This document shows positions 25,151 through 34,603 of a stretch of 64,000 bases of DNA, piece by piece. Location of the stretch: the NCBI RefSeq assembly GCF_003018255.1, contig NZ_CP027440.1; one strand, written 5' to 3'. Position 1 is the stretch's first letter, and every line of letters starts with the position of its first letter. The notes under the pieces were generated by a model, which saw only the letters and a list, made by a program, of their open reading frames with translations, ran no database searches and was not told the origin of the DNA. A program made the translations under genes and the position numbers. This stretch comes from Escherichia coli. Its GTDB lineage: Bacteria; Pseudomonadota; Gammaproteobacteria; Enterobacterales; Enterobacteriaceae.

Positions 25151-25593
25151 TCGAAACCCTGCTGGATTTTTCGGGGCTGGAGGACATCAGCCGCGATTTG
25201 CAGCTTCTGAGTGGTGCGGAAAACAACCGGGTGCTGCGTGAGGCAACCCGGGAGGGGGCGAATGTACTGAAGGAGGAAGTTGTGTCACGGGCACCGGTGC
25301 GCAGGGGAAAACTGCGCCGTAATGTGGTGGTCCTTTCCCGGCGTTCCCGCGACGGAGGGATGGAATCCGGCGTACATATCCGCGGTGTCAATCCGGACAC
25401 CGGCAACAGCGATAACACCATGAAGGCGGATAACCCCCGCAATGCGTTTTACTGGCGGTTTGTGGAAATGGGAACCGTGAATATGCCACCGCACCCGTTT
25501 GTGCGCCCGGCGTTTGATGTGCGCAGTGAACAGGCAGCGCAGGAGGCGATTGCGCGGATGAACCGGGCCATTGATGAGGTACTGAGACGATGA
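25147..25593 (+). CDS. tail component (HK97 gp10-like)
   Basis: 148 aa, translationally coupled (overlapping stop/start) with neighbours. Confidence 0.6.
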   Translation: MIETLLDFSGLEDISRDLQLLSGAENNRVLREATREGANVLKEEVVSRAPVRRGKLRRNVVVLSRRSRDGGMESGVHIRGVNPDTGNSDNTMKADNPRNAFYWRFVEMGTVNMPPHPFVRPAFDVRSEQAAQEAIARMNRAIDEVLRR

Positions 25594-25934
25594 CGGAGGC
25601 GGATTTGTATCCTCATCTGGCGCATCTTGCCGGCGGGCAGGTGTACCCGTATGTGGTCCCCCTGCTGGATGGCAGGCCGTCGGTGGCGCTTCCGTGGGTG
25701 GTTTTCAGCCTGATTTCATCGGTGTCTGCGGACGTGATGGGCGGGCAGGCGGAGTCCTCAGTGTCGGTGCAGATAGACGTTTATGCCGGGACTGTGACGC
25801 AGGCGCGTCAGATACGTCAGGACGCCCGTGAAGCCATAATGCTGCTGGCCCCGGGAGCCGTCAGTGAAATGCAGGACTATATTCCGGAAAACCGCTGTTA
25901 CCGTGCAACCCTGGAGTTTCAGGTCACGGTGTGA
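25590..25934 (+). CDS. tail completion protein (DUF3168-like)
   Basis: 114 aa, overlapping start; followed by terminator-like hairpin before major tail gene. Confidence 0.55.
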   Translation: MTEADLYPHLAHLAGGQVYPYVVPLLDGRPSVALPWVVFSLISSVSADVMGGQAESSVSVQIDVYAGTVTQARQIRQDAREAIMLLAPGAVSEMQDYIPENRCYRATLEFQVTV

Positions 25935-26000
25935 CTTTTTCTTTTTTCCCACAAAACCCATACCCCGCCGCGTGCGGGTTTTTTATTATCAGGAGGCAGA

Positions 26001-26717
26001 ATGTCTGCTTTGTATGAACGCTCACAGCTGACGCAGGTGATGATTTCATCTGCCCCGGCGACTGCTGAAATTATGGATAAGGCGGAATATCTGCGCCTGG
26101 ACTGCACCATCAAGGAAGTCCAGTTCACCGCCGGTCAGAAACAGGATATTGATGTGACCACGCTCTGCTCCACAGAGCAGGAGAACATCAACGGTCTGGG
26201 GGCGTCGTCCGAGATTTCCATGTCGGGTAATTTTTATCTGAATCAGGCCCAGAACGCCCTGCGTGATGCTTATGACAATGACGCGTTGTATGCGTTTAAG
26301 GTGCAGTTTCCGTCCGGTAAGGGCTTTAAATTCCTGGCGGAAGTGCGTCAGCACACCTGGTCATCCGGTACCAACGGCGTGGTGGCTGCAACGTTCTCAC
26401 TGCGTCTGAAAGGCAAACCGGTGTCCTTTGTGGTACCGCTGGCGTTTGTGAAAAATCTGGATAAGACACTTACCGTGAATACCGGTGCGCTGCTGACAAT
26501 GTCAGTCAGTGCCAACGGGGGAATGCCGCCGTATAAATACGCCTGGAAGAAGGATGGTCAGCCGGTTGACGGGCAGACGACAGACACCTTCAGTAAGCCC
26601 GGTGCGCAGTCCGCTGATGCGGGGAAATATACCTGCGTGGTGACCGATTCGGCAGAGAAAGCACAGAGTGTGACGTCTGTTGAATGCACCGTGACAGTGA
26701 GCGCAGCCGCCGGATAA
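26001..26717 (+). CDS. major tail protein with C-terminal Ig-like domain
   Basis: 238 aa; C-terminal ~80 aa Ig-like (..YKYAWKKDGQPVDGQTTDTFSKPGAQSADAGKYTCVVTD..). Confidence 0.75.
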   Translation: MSALYERSQLTQVMISSAPATAEIMDKAEYLRLDCTIKEVQFTAGQKQDIDVTTLCSTEQENINGLGASSEISMSGNFYLNQAQNALRDAYDNDALYAFKVQFPSGKGFKFLAEVRQHTWSSGTNGVVAATFSLRLKGKPVSFVVPLAFVKNLDKTLTVNTGALLTMSVSANGGMPPYKYAWKKDGQPVDGQTTDTFSKPGAQSADAGKYTCVVTDSAEKAQSVTSVECTVTVSAAAG

Positions 26718-26731
26718 GGGGATGGGGCATC

Positions 26732-27106
26732 ATGAAAAAGGATCTGAAAACGCTGGCGCTGGCCAGACTGTCAGGGTTTCGTCATAAAACGGTGAAGGTG
26801 CCGGAATGGGGTAATGTCAGCGTGGTGCTGCGGGAGCCTTCGGCAGAGGCCTGGTATCTGTGGCAGGACGTGCTCAATGGTGATGGAGAGGATGACGATA
26901 CCCTGTCGGTGGTGGCGAAAACCCGCCGTAACCTGGAAGCGGATGTGACGCTGTTCTGCGATGTCCTGTGTGATACGGACCTGCAGCGGGTGTTCACTCC
27001 GGACGACCGTGAGCAGGTGCTGGCCGTCTATGGTCCGGTACATGCCCGGTTGCTGCGTCAGGCACTGGAACTGATCGCTGATGCAGGGTCGGCCAGAAAA
27101 AAGTAG
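26732..27106 (+). CDS. tail assembly chaperone (G-like)
   Basis: 124 aa from ATG with AAGGGGA RBS; ends ..AGSARKK at a slippery A AAA AAG heptamer. Confidence 0.75.
   Translation: MKKDLKTLALARLSGFRHKTVKVPEWGNVSVVLREPSAEAWYLWQDVLNGDGEDDDTLSVVAKTRRNLEADVTLFCDVLCDTDLQRVFTPDDREQVLAVYGPVHARLLRQALELIADAGSARKK
27097..27103 (+). promoter_or_regulatory. programmed -1 ribosomal frameshift site (A AAA AAG)
   Basis: Slippery heptamer in the G reading frame, 1 codon before the G stop; the -1 frame is open through to 27411. Confidence 0.6.
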
Positions 27107-27411
27107 CCCGCCCGGAAATTCGCTTTCTGATGCGACTTGCGCTCCGTCTGGGGCGCACCTTATCCGAACTGCGCCACAGCCTGAGTGCGAGCGAGGCGAT
27201 GATGTGGATGGAGTTCGACAGGATATCCCCGCTGGGTGATGAGCGCGGGGATATCCGTAATGCACAGATCGTGAAAGCGGTTTTCGGGGCACAGGGGATG
27301 AATGTTGCACTGAAGGACGCCATGCTCTGCTGGGGCGAGGATGAGGATAAACCGGAGGTGGATCCGTTTGCGGCGCTGGAAGACGCGCTGAGCTTTGCAG
27401 CACAGTCATGA
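27103..27411 (+). CDS. frameshift extension of tail assembly chaperone (GT-like fusion product)
   Basis: Frame -1 relative to G, open from the slippery site; contains ORF 27130..27411; expressed only as a fusion. Confidence 0.6.
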   Translation, partial: VARPEIRFLMRLALRLGRTLSELRHSLSASEAMMWMEFDRISPLGDERGDIRNAQIVKAVFGAQGMNVALKDAMLCWGEDEDKPEVDPFAALEDALSFAAQS

Positions 27412-27459
27412 ATGATGAGAACCGCTGAGGCGGTTTTTTTTACGCCCGGAGAAAGGTGA

Positions 27460-30400
27460 ATGGCGACGTTACGTGAACTGATTATCAAAATTTCGGCAAA
27501 TTCACAGTCATTCCAGTCGGAGATCCAGCGGGCGTCCCGTATGGGCAGTGAATATTACCGGACCCTGCAGAATGGCGGACGTCAGGCTGCTGCGGCAGCC
27601 AGGGAGCAGCGCCGGGCTCTGGCTGAGCTGAACAGCCAGTTGACGGAAATCCGCGCTTCGGCTGTCGGAATGACCGGTGCGTTTGCCGGTGCCTTTGCCA
27701 CCGGACACCTGATTTCGCTGGCGGATGAATGGAGCTCCGTGAATGCCCGTCTGAAACAGGCGTCGCAGTCATCGGATGAATTTTCGTCATCACAGAAAGT
27801 GCTGATGGATATCAGCCAGCGGACAGGCACCGCATTTTCGGATAATGCGGCCCTGTTTGCTCGTTCTGCCGCCTCAATGCGTGAATATGGTTACAGTGCT
27901 GATGATGTGCTGAAGGTGACGGAGGCCATTTCGACAGGGCTGAAAATTTCCGGTGCCAGTGCGGCAGAGGCGGGTTCGGTGATCACCCAGTTCAGCCAGG
28001 CGCTGGCACAGGGGGTATTGCGCGGCGAGGAATTTAATTCGGTCAATGAAAGTGGGGACCGGATCATTCGCGCACTGGCTGCAGGCATGGGTGTGGCCCG
28101 TAAGGATCTGAAGGCGATGGCGGACGATGGTCAACTGACGGCGGATAAAGTCGTTCCCGCGTTAATCAGCCAGCTGGGGATATTGCGTGATGAATATGCA
28201 GCCATGCCGGAAACGGTGTCTGACGGGATCACGAAGGTGGAAAACGCCTTTATGGCCTGGGTGGGCGGCGCGAATGAGGCCAGCGGAGCGACGAAAACGC
28301 TCTCCGGCGCGCTGAACGGTGTGGCCGGAAATATTGATACCGTGGCAACAGCTGCGGGTGTGCTGGTTGCTGTCGGGGTGGCCCGGTACTTTGGTAATCT
28401 GGCTTCCGGAGCGATGTCTGCCACGGCAGGACTTGTGACCGCTGCACGTAATGAAGTGGCACTGGCTGAGGCCCAGTTAAGGGGAACGCAGATTGCTACG
28501 GCGCGGGCAAGGGCAGCCGTGTACCGGGCTCAGCAGGCTGTGGCGGCAGCCCGCGGGACTGAGATGCAGATTGCGGCAGAGGCCCGTCTGGCGGTCACAC
28601 AGGAACGCCTGAACAGAAATATTGCTGCCAGAACCGCCGCCCAGAATGCGCTGAACAGTACAACGGCAGTGGGTTCTCGTCTGATGAGCGGTGCGCTGGG
28701 ACTGGTTGGAGGCGTACCCGGACTGGTGATGCTGGGAGCTGCCGCATGGTACACGCTGTACCAGAGTCAGGAACAGGCCAGGGAGTCTGCGCGCCAGTAT
28801 GCACTGACGATTGATGAAATCGCGCATAAAACGCCATCAATGTCTCTGCCTGAAGCTTCAGATAATGAAGGGCGAACACGGGAGGCGCTGACAGAGCAGA
28901 ACCGGCTGATTGATGAGCAGGCCAGCCGGGTGAAATCCCTGCAGGAAAAAATCGCCGGGTATCAGTATGTGCTGGCTAATCCGGGCTGGACGACCGGTAA
29001 CGGCTTCATGATAAACCATCTGACATCGGTGAAAACTGTAACGGAAGAGCTTGCTCAGGCAACAGAGCAGTTTGCTGTTGAGCAGTCCCGCCTGGCACAG
29101 ATGCAGGAAAAAGCGCAGTCCATTCAGGATGTGCTTGCCGGACTGGAAGAGCGCCGTGTTGTGTTAATTCGTCAGCAGGCAGCAGAGCAGAATAAAGCGT
29201 ATCAGTCACTGCTGGTCATGAACGGTCAGCATACGGAATTCAACCGCCTGCTGGGGCTGGGTAATGAACTGCTGCAACAGCGTCAGGGACTGGCGAGTGT
29301 ACCGCTGCGACTGTCACAGGCCACTCTGGATGATAAACAGCAGAGCGCCCTGAATAACACAGAGCGTCAACTGGCCCTCTCCCGGCTGAAAGGGGAAGAA
29401 AAAGAGCGTGCCCGGCTGGGGTATGCGGCGGATGACCTTGGTCTGGTGGGGGATATGTATCAGGAGGCGAGGCAGCGTTACATCCGTAATTCGATGGAAG
29501 CCTGGCGCAATAATGAGGCGAATAAACCCAAATCCCGGGGCGAAAAATCTGAGACGGAAAAAGCGGAAGACAGTTTTTCCCGTCTGCTGAAGCAGCAGAA
29601 GGAACAACTGGCACTGGCCGGGAAGAATACAGAACTGGCAAAACTGAAATACCAGACCTCGCAGGGCGAGCTGAAAACCCTGACGGAGATTCAGAAGCAG
29701 GAGCTGCTGCGCAATGCTGCCCTGATTGACCAGAAGAAAATCCGGGAGCAGTTACGGGCCCGGGAGGAGACCCTGAAAAATGATAATGCAGACGCAAGGG
29801 CATCAAATGACGCAGAGCTGCTGGGGTACGGGCAGGGTGAGCGGATCCGTGAACGGATGAGGGAGCTGCAGCAGATTCGTGACAGCTACCGCCAGAAAGA
29901 TGCGGACCTTCAGTCTCAGTATCAGGCAGGGGATATCAGTGAGGATTTTTACAGGCAGGCGCTGGCGCAGAATGCGCAGTATCTGAGTGAACGACTGAAA
30001 GAGCAGGAAGCTTTTTATGCCAGGTCGGATGAACAACGTGCGGACTGGCAGAAAGGACTGCAGGAGGGGGGCAGCAACTGGGTGGACAGCGCATCAGATT
30101 ACGCTTCACAGGCAGCACAGCTTGCGACAGACGGTATCTCAGGGATGGTAAATAACATCACGGAGATGCTGAACGGAAATAAAGTGGAATGGCGCAGCTG
30201 GGCAGCATCAATCCTGCAGGAAATATCAAAAGTTCTTATGAATGCGGCCATTGTCAACGGCATTAAGATGGCGGCAAACAGTATGTCCGGTGCAGGAGGA
30301 TTTTTCGGCAGTATAGGCAACTGGCTGGGTGGCGCGGTGGCAAATGCAAAAGGCGGCGTTTATACCTCGGCAAACCTGAGTGCATACAGTAACAGTATTG

Positions 30401-30702
30401 TGGACACGCCCACGTACTTTGCCTTTGCAAAAGGGGCAGGGCTGATGGGGGAGGCCGGACCTGAAGCCATAATGCCCCTGACCCGGGCAGCGGATGGTTC
30501 ACTCGGCGTGCGTGCGGTGGGCCGCATGAACGGCAGTGCGGGTCTGGTGTATTCTCCGGTGTACCACATCGCCATTCAGAATGACGGCGCTAACGGGCAG
30601 ATAGGGCCGGAAGCGGCGGGCACCCTTGTGCAACTGATTGACCAGCGGGTACAGGCGGTGATGTTATCCATGCGTCGTGACGGAGGAATGCTGAGTGGAT
30701 GA
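27460..30702 (+). CDS. tail tape measure protein
   Basis: 1080 aa, long helical Ala/Gln-rich protein immediately after G/GT. Confidence 0.9.
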   Translation: MATLRELIIKISANSQSFQSEIQRASRMGSEYYRTLQNGGRQAAAAAREQRRALAELNSQLTEIRASAVGMTGAFAGAFATGHLISLADEWSSVNARLKQASQSSDEFSSSQKVLMDISQRTGTAFSDNAALFARSAASMREYGYSADDVLKVTEAISTGLKISGASAAEAGSVITQFSQALAQGVLRGEEFNSVNESGDRIIRALAAGMGVARKDLKAMADDGQLTADKVVPALISQLGILRDEYAAMPETVSDGITKVENAFMAWVGGANEASGATKTLSGALNGVAGNIDTVATAAGVLVAVGVARYFGNLASGAMSATAGLVTAARNEVALAEAQLRGTQIATARARAAVYRAQQAVAAARGTEMQIAAEARLAVTQERLNRNIAARTAAQNALNSTTAVGSRLMSGALGLVGGVPGLVMLGAAAWYTLYQSQEQARESARQYALTIDEIAHKTPSMSLPEASDNEGRTREALTEQNRLIDEQASRVKSLQEKIAGYQYVLANPGWTTGNGFMINHLTSVKTVTEELAQATEQFAVEQSRLAQMQEKAQSIQDVLAGLEERRVVLIRQQAAEQNKAYQSLLVMNGQHTEFNRLLGLGNELLQQRQGLASVPLRLSQATLDDKQQSALNNTERQLALSRLKGEEKERARLGYAADDLGLVGDMYQEARQRYIRNSMEAWRNNEANKPKSRGEKSETEKAEDSFSRLLKQQKEQLALAGKNTELAKLKYQTSQGELKTLTEIQKQELLRNAALIDQKKIREQLRAREETLKNDNADARASNDAELLGYGQGERIRERMRELQQIRDSYRQKDADLQSQYQAGDISEDFYRQALAQNAQYLSERLKEQEAFYARSDEQRADWQKGLQEGGSNWVDSASDYASQAAQLATDGISGMVNNITEMLNGNKVEWRSWAASILQEISKVLMNAAIVNGIKMAANSMSGAGGFFGSIGNWLGGAVANAKGGVYTSANLSAYSNSIVDTPTYFAFAKGAGLMGEAGPEAIMPLTRAADGSLGVRAVGRMNGSAGLVYSPVYHIAIQNDGANGQIGPEAAGTLVQLIDQRVQAVMLSMRRDGGMLSG

Positions 30703-31036
30703 GATTAAGACCCTTCACTGGTGTCCCCGGGAAGGGATGCAGGTGACGGAGAAACCGTCGGTGATGACGGTGAAGTTTGGCGACGGTTATCAGCAGCGTC
30801 GTCCGGCAGGACTGAATGCGCAACTGAAGACCTTTCAGGTGGTTTTTCGGGTGACAACGGATGCTGAGCGGGAGGCACTGTCCGCGTTTCTGTCATGGCA
30901 TGGTGGTTACCGGGCTTTTTTGTGGAAGCCCCCGAAACATAACCGGACGGTCAGGGTGGTGTGCCGGGAGTGGAGTATTACGGATAACGCCCGGTACAGT
31001 GATTTCAGTTGCACGATAGAGCAGGTAGTTAGATGA
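30695..31036 (+). CDS. M: minor tail protein M
   Basis: 113 aa; ..VKFGDGYQQRRPAGLNAQLKTFQVVF..FLSWHGGYRAFLWKPP.. closely matches remembered lambda gpM. Confidence 0.85.
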   Translation: MDEIKTLHWCPREGMQVTEKPSVMTVKFGDGYQQRRPAGLNAQLKTFQVVFRVTTDAEREALSAFLSWHGGYRAFLWKPPKHNRTVRVVCREWSITDNARYSDFSCTIEQVVR

Positions 31037-31234
31037 GAATTATCCTATAAATCATTCTTTAGTGTTTAGTTGTTAATTATTTTTAATCTGTCTTGTCAGA
31101 AAGTGCGAAATCGATCTTGCATTTACATTTTGTTACGTAATATAAATTGAACTAAGAATTTGTATTAAAATATTTTAATTTTTGTTCATGACATCTGAAT
31201 GCATGAATAGTTCAGTTTAAATAAGGATTAAATC

Positions 31235-32398
31235 ATGAAAAAAATGACAGTGGCACTTTCTGCTGTAGCAGTTGCAGTGATGTTTGCTGCGGGGGCGCAG
31301 GCAGCAGAAGTTTATAATAAAGATGGTAATAAACTGGATCTTTACGGGCGTGCAACCGCTCTGCATTACTTCTCGGATGATAAAGGTAATGACGGAGATC
31401 AGACTTATGCTCGTCTCGGCTTTAAAGGCGAAACGCAGATTAATGATCAACTGACCGGATTTGGTCAGTGGGAATACCAGTTCTCTGGTAACAAAACGGA
31501 ATCTGAAGGTTCCGCGGGAAATAAAACCCGTCTGGCATTTGCAGGTCTGAGATTTGCTGATGTTGGTAGCATTGATTACGGACGTAACTACGGTATTGCT
31601 TACGATGTCGGATCATATACTGACGTACTGCCAGAGTTTGGTGGTGATGGCTGGACTCAGACCGATAACTTTATGACTGCCCGAACTTCCGGAGTTCTGA
31701 CTTACCGTAATACAGATTTCTTTGGGCTGGTTGATGGTCTGAATTTTGCGGCGCAGTATCAGGGCAAAAATGAGCGCGATGACCTCCAGAAGGCCAATGG
31801 TGATGGGTATGGTTTCTCAGCCAGCTATGAGTTTGATGGTTTTGGTTTTGTGGCTGCGTATACCAAGTCAGATCGTACCAATAAGCAGGTTCAGGGACTG
31901 AATGGTAGCAAAACTATTGAAATCAAAGATCCTTTAACTGGGGATGTGACTGAAAAAGAAGTGGTCGTTGATTCCGGCAGCGTTGCAAAAGGTAAACATG
32001 CTGAATTCTGGGGAACTGGTCTTAAATATGATGCCAATAACCTGTATCTGGCAGCAGTGTATTCAGAAACCCAGAATATGACGACCTTTGGTGATCAAGG
32101 TGTTGCGGATAAAGCTCAGAATATCGAAGCCGTTGTTCAGTATCAGTTTGATTTTGGTCTGCGTCCGTCTCTGGCCTACCTTCAGTCCCGAGGACAGGAT
32201 GTTATGGTTGGTGGTGTGAACCATGGCGATCAGGATCTGGTTAAATATATTGATGTCGGTGCGACTTATTACTTTAACAAGAATATGTCCACCCATGTTG
32301 ATTATAAAATTAACCTGATTGAGGAAAGTGAATTTACCCGGAAAGCCGGTGTTGCGACAGATAATATCGTTGCTGTGGGTATGACTTATCAGTTCTGA
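31235..32398 (+). CDS. OmpC/NmpC/Lc-family general porin (cargo gene inside tail operon)
   Basis: 387 aa, signal peptide ..[20 protein letters not shown].., C-terminal ..GMTYQF; very AT-rich upstream leader; own terminator. Confidence 0.9.
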   Translation: MKKMTVALSAVAVAVMFAAGAQAAEVYNKDGNKLDLYGRATALHYFSDDKGNDGDQTYARLGFKGETQINDQLTGFGQWEYQFSGNKTESEGSAGNKTRLAFAGLRFADVGSIDYGRNYGIAYDVGSYTDVLPEFGGDGWTQTDNFMTARTSGVLTYRNTDFFGLVDGLNFAAQYQGKNERDDLQKANGDGYGFSASYEFDGFGFVAAYTKSDRTNKQVQGLNGSKTIEIKDPLTGDVTEKEVVVDSGSVAKGKHAEFWGTGLKYDANNLYLAAVYSETQNMTTFGDQGVADKAQNIEAVVQYQFDFGLRPSLAYLQSRGQDVMVGGVNHGDQDLVKYIDVGATYYFNKNMSTHVDYKINLIEESEFTRKAGVATDNIVAVGMTYQF

Positions 32399-32572
32399 TT
32401 ATTGCTGATAAGTATAATAAATACGGGCCGTCAGCCCTTACTGGCGGCCTGTATCAATGAAAACACAGTTTTCATTGGTCACTGCGATCAGCAATTGCCA
32501 TCTGGCATGTGTTGATTTAACTTTCTGTTATTACCTTTATTGGTTTTATTTTAAATTGGACTTTTATTGTTC

Positions 32573-32596
32573 GGGGCGCGGTTGCGCCCCTTTTTT
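32573..32596 (+). terminator. intrinsic terminator downstream of porin gene
   Basis: GGGGCGC-GGTT-GCGCCCC followed by TTTTTT. Confidence 0.65.
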
Positions 32597-32608
32597 ATGG
32601 GCGGATAT

Positions 32609-33307
32609 ATGCAGGATATTCACGAAGAAAGCCTGAACGAGTCGGTTAAGTCAGAGCAGTCACCGCGGGTGGTGCTCTGGGAAATCGACCTGACGGTGCA
32701 GGGCGGTGAGCGGTATTTTTTCTGCAATGAGCTGAATGAAAAAGGGGAGCCGGTGACCTGGCAGGGGCGTGAATATCAGGCGTACCCGATTGAGGGGAGT
32801 GGCTTTGAGATGAACGGAAAGGGCAGCAGTGCCCGCCCGTCGCTGACAGTGTCCAATCTTTTCGGCCTTGTCACCGGGATGGCGGAGGATTTGCAGAGCC
32901 TGGTGGGGGCCACGGTGGTCCGTCGCCGGGTGTATGCGCGTTTTCTGGATGCGGTGAACTTTGTGGCAGGCAATCCTGAGGCAGACCCGGAGCAGGAGCT
33001 GACGGACCGCTGGGTGGTGGAGCAGATGTCAGCGCTGACGGCCATGACGGCCTCGTTTGTGCTGGCGACACCGACGGAGACGGACGGTGCGCTGTTTCCC
33101 GGTCGCATCATGCTGGCGAACACCTGTATGTGGGATTACCGGGGCGATGAATGCGGGTATAACGGTCCGGCAGTGGCGGATGAGTTCGACAACCCCACCA
33201 CGGATATCCGGAAGGACAGATGCAGTAAATGCATGCGCGGGTGTGAGATGCGCGGCATGGTGGCTAATTTCGGCGGTTTCCTTTCCATTAATAAACTTTC
33301 GCAGTAA
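32609..33307 (+). CDS. L: minor tail protein L
   Basis: 232 aa from MQDIHEESLNE..; near-collinear with remembered lambda gpL (..VVLWEIDLT..GERYFFCNE..NEKGEPVTWQGR..GGFLSINKLSQ). Confidence 0.9.
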   Translation: MQDIHEESLNESVKSEQSPRVVLWEIDLTVQGGERYFFCNELNEKGEPVTWQGREYQAYPIEGSGFEMNGKGSSARPSLTVSNLFGLVTGMAEDLQSLVGATVVRRRVYARFLDAVNFVAGNPEADPEQELTDRWVVEQMSALTAMTASFVLATPTETDGALFPGRIMLANTCMWDYRGDECGYNGPAVADEFDNPTTDIRKDRCSKCMRGCEMRGMVANFGGFLSINKLSQ

Positions 33308-33317
33308 ATCCCGTTTT

Positions 33318-34061
33318 ATGACACAGACTGAATCAGCGATTCTGGCGCATGCCCGGCGGTGTGCGCCAGCGGAGTCGTGCGGCTTCGTGATAAGCACCCC
33401 GGAGGGGGAGCGGTACCAGCCCTGCGTGAATATCTCCGCAGAGCCGGAGGCGTATTTTCGTATTGCACCGGAAGACTGGCTGCAGGCACAGATGCAGGGG
33501 GAGATTGTGGCGCTGGTCCACAGTCATCCCGGTGGTCTGCCCTGGCTGAGCGAGGCGGACCGGCGGCTGCAGATAAAGAGTGCCCTGCCCTGGTGGCTGG
33601 TCTGTCGGGGTGAAATTCACCGGTTCCGCTGTGTGCCGCACCTGACCGGACGGCGCTTTGAACACGGTGTGACGGACTGTTACACCCTGTTCCGGGATGC
33701 ATACCATCTGGCGGGGATAACGCTGCCGGATTTTCATCGCGAGGATGACTGGTGGCGCAACGGCCAGAACCTGTACCTGGACAATATGGAGGCCACTGGC
33801 TTTTGCCGGGTGTCCCTGTCCTCTGCACAGGCAGGCGATATCCTGCTGTGCTGCTTTGGCGCATCGGTGCCGAATCATGCCGCCATTTACTGTGGCAACG
33901 GTGAGCTGCTTCACCATATACCTGAACAACTGAGTAAACGGGAGAGGTATTCTGAAAAATGGCAACGACGAACGCATTCTGTCTGGCGTCACCGCCACTG
34001 GTCCGCATCTGCCTTCACGGGGATTTACAACGATTTGGTCGCCGCATCAGTCTGTATGTGA
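33318..34061 (+). CDS. K: tail assembly protein K (NlpC/P60 + JAB/MPN)
   Basis: MTQTESAILAHARRCAPAESCGF.. near-identical to remembered lambda gpK; upstream part of ORF 33057 is not coding. Confidence 0.9.
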   Translation: MTQTESAILAHARRCAPAESCGFVISTPEGERYQPCVNISAEPEAYFRIAPEDWLQAQMQGEIVALVHSHPGGLPWLSEADRRLQIKSALPWWLVCRGEIHRFRCVPHLTGRRFEHGVTDCYTLFRDAYHLAGITLPDFHREDDWWRNGQNLYLDNMEATGFCRVSLSSAQAGDILLCCFGASVPNHAAIYCGNGELLHHIPEQLSKRERYSEKWQRRTHSVWRHRHWSASAFTGIYNDLVAASVCM

Positions 34062-34603
34062 ACACGGCAGCGGAGGCCATCCGTGCCCTGTCGCAGCAGG
34101 TGCCGGGATTCCGCTGTCAGATGAACGAAGGCTGGTACCAGATACGTATTGCCGGTGAGGATACCGCGCCGGACCAGATATCGCCCCGACTGCATGAGCC
34201 ACTGAACCCGGGGGATGTCATTCATCTGGTTCCCCGGGCAGAAGGTGCCAAAAGTGGCGGAGTGTTTCAGGCCGTGCTTGGCGTTGCGCTGGTTGCGGCA
34301 GCTATCTGGATGCCGGGTATCGGTATTGCAGCCAGCAACATCATGTTTTCCATGGGCTCTGCAATGGCACTGGGTGGTGTGGCCCAGATGCTGGCCCCGA
34401 AGGCAAAGACGCCGGAGTACAAAAGCACGGATAACGGCAGACAGAACACGTATTTTTCGTCACTGGACAACATGATTGCTCAGGGGAATCCGGTGCCGGT
34501 GCCTTACGGTGAAATGCTGGTTGGTTCACGACGGATATCCCAGGACATCAGCACCCGTGATGAGGGCGGTGACGGGAAAGTGGTGGTTATCGGGCGGGGA
34601 TGA
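33959..34603 (+). CDS. I: tail assembly protein I
   Basis: 214 aa; ..RICLHGDLQRFGRRI..AKSGGVFQ..GGVAQMLAPKA..NTYFSSLDNM..GEMLVGSR.. matches remembered lambda gpI; overlaps K 3' end. Confidence 0.9.
   Translation: MATTNAFCLASPPLVRICLHGDLQRFGRRISLYVNTAAEAIRALSQQVPGFRCQMNEGWYQIRIAGEDTAPDQISPRLHEPLNPGDVIHLVPRAEGAKSGGVFQAVLGVALVAAAIWMPGIGIAASNIMFSMGSAMALGGVAQMLAPKAKTPEYKSTDNGRQNTYFSSLDNMIAQGNPVPVPYGEMLVGSRRISQDISTRDEGGDGKVVVIGRG

Noticed and set aside
33057-33317. Upstream extensions of the K ORF (from 33057), the L ORF (from 32567) and the Rz ORF (from 14934)
   Set aside because: The extended N-termini are unlike the remembered lambda proteins and the internal starts give conserved N-termini with better RBS context; the L extension overlaps a terminator hairpin.
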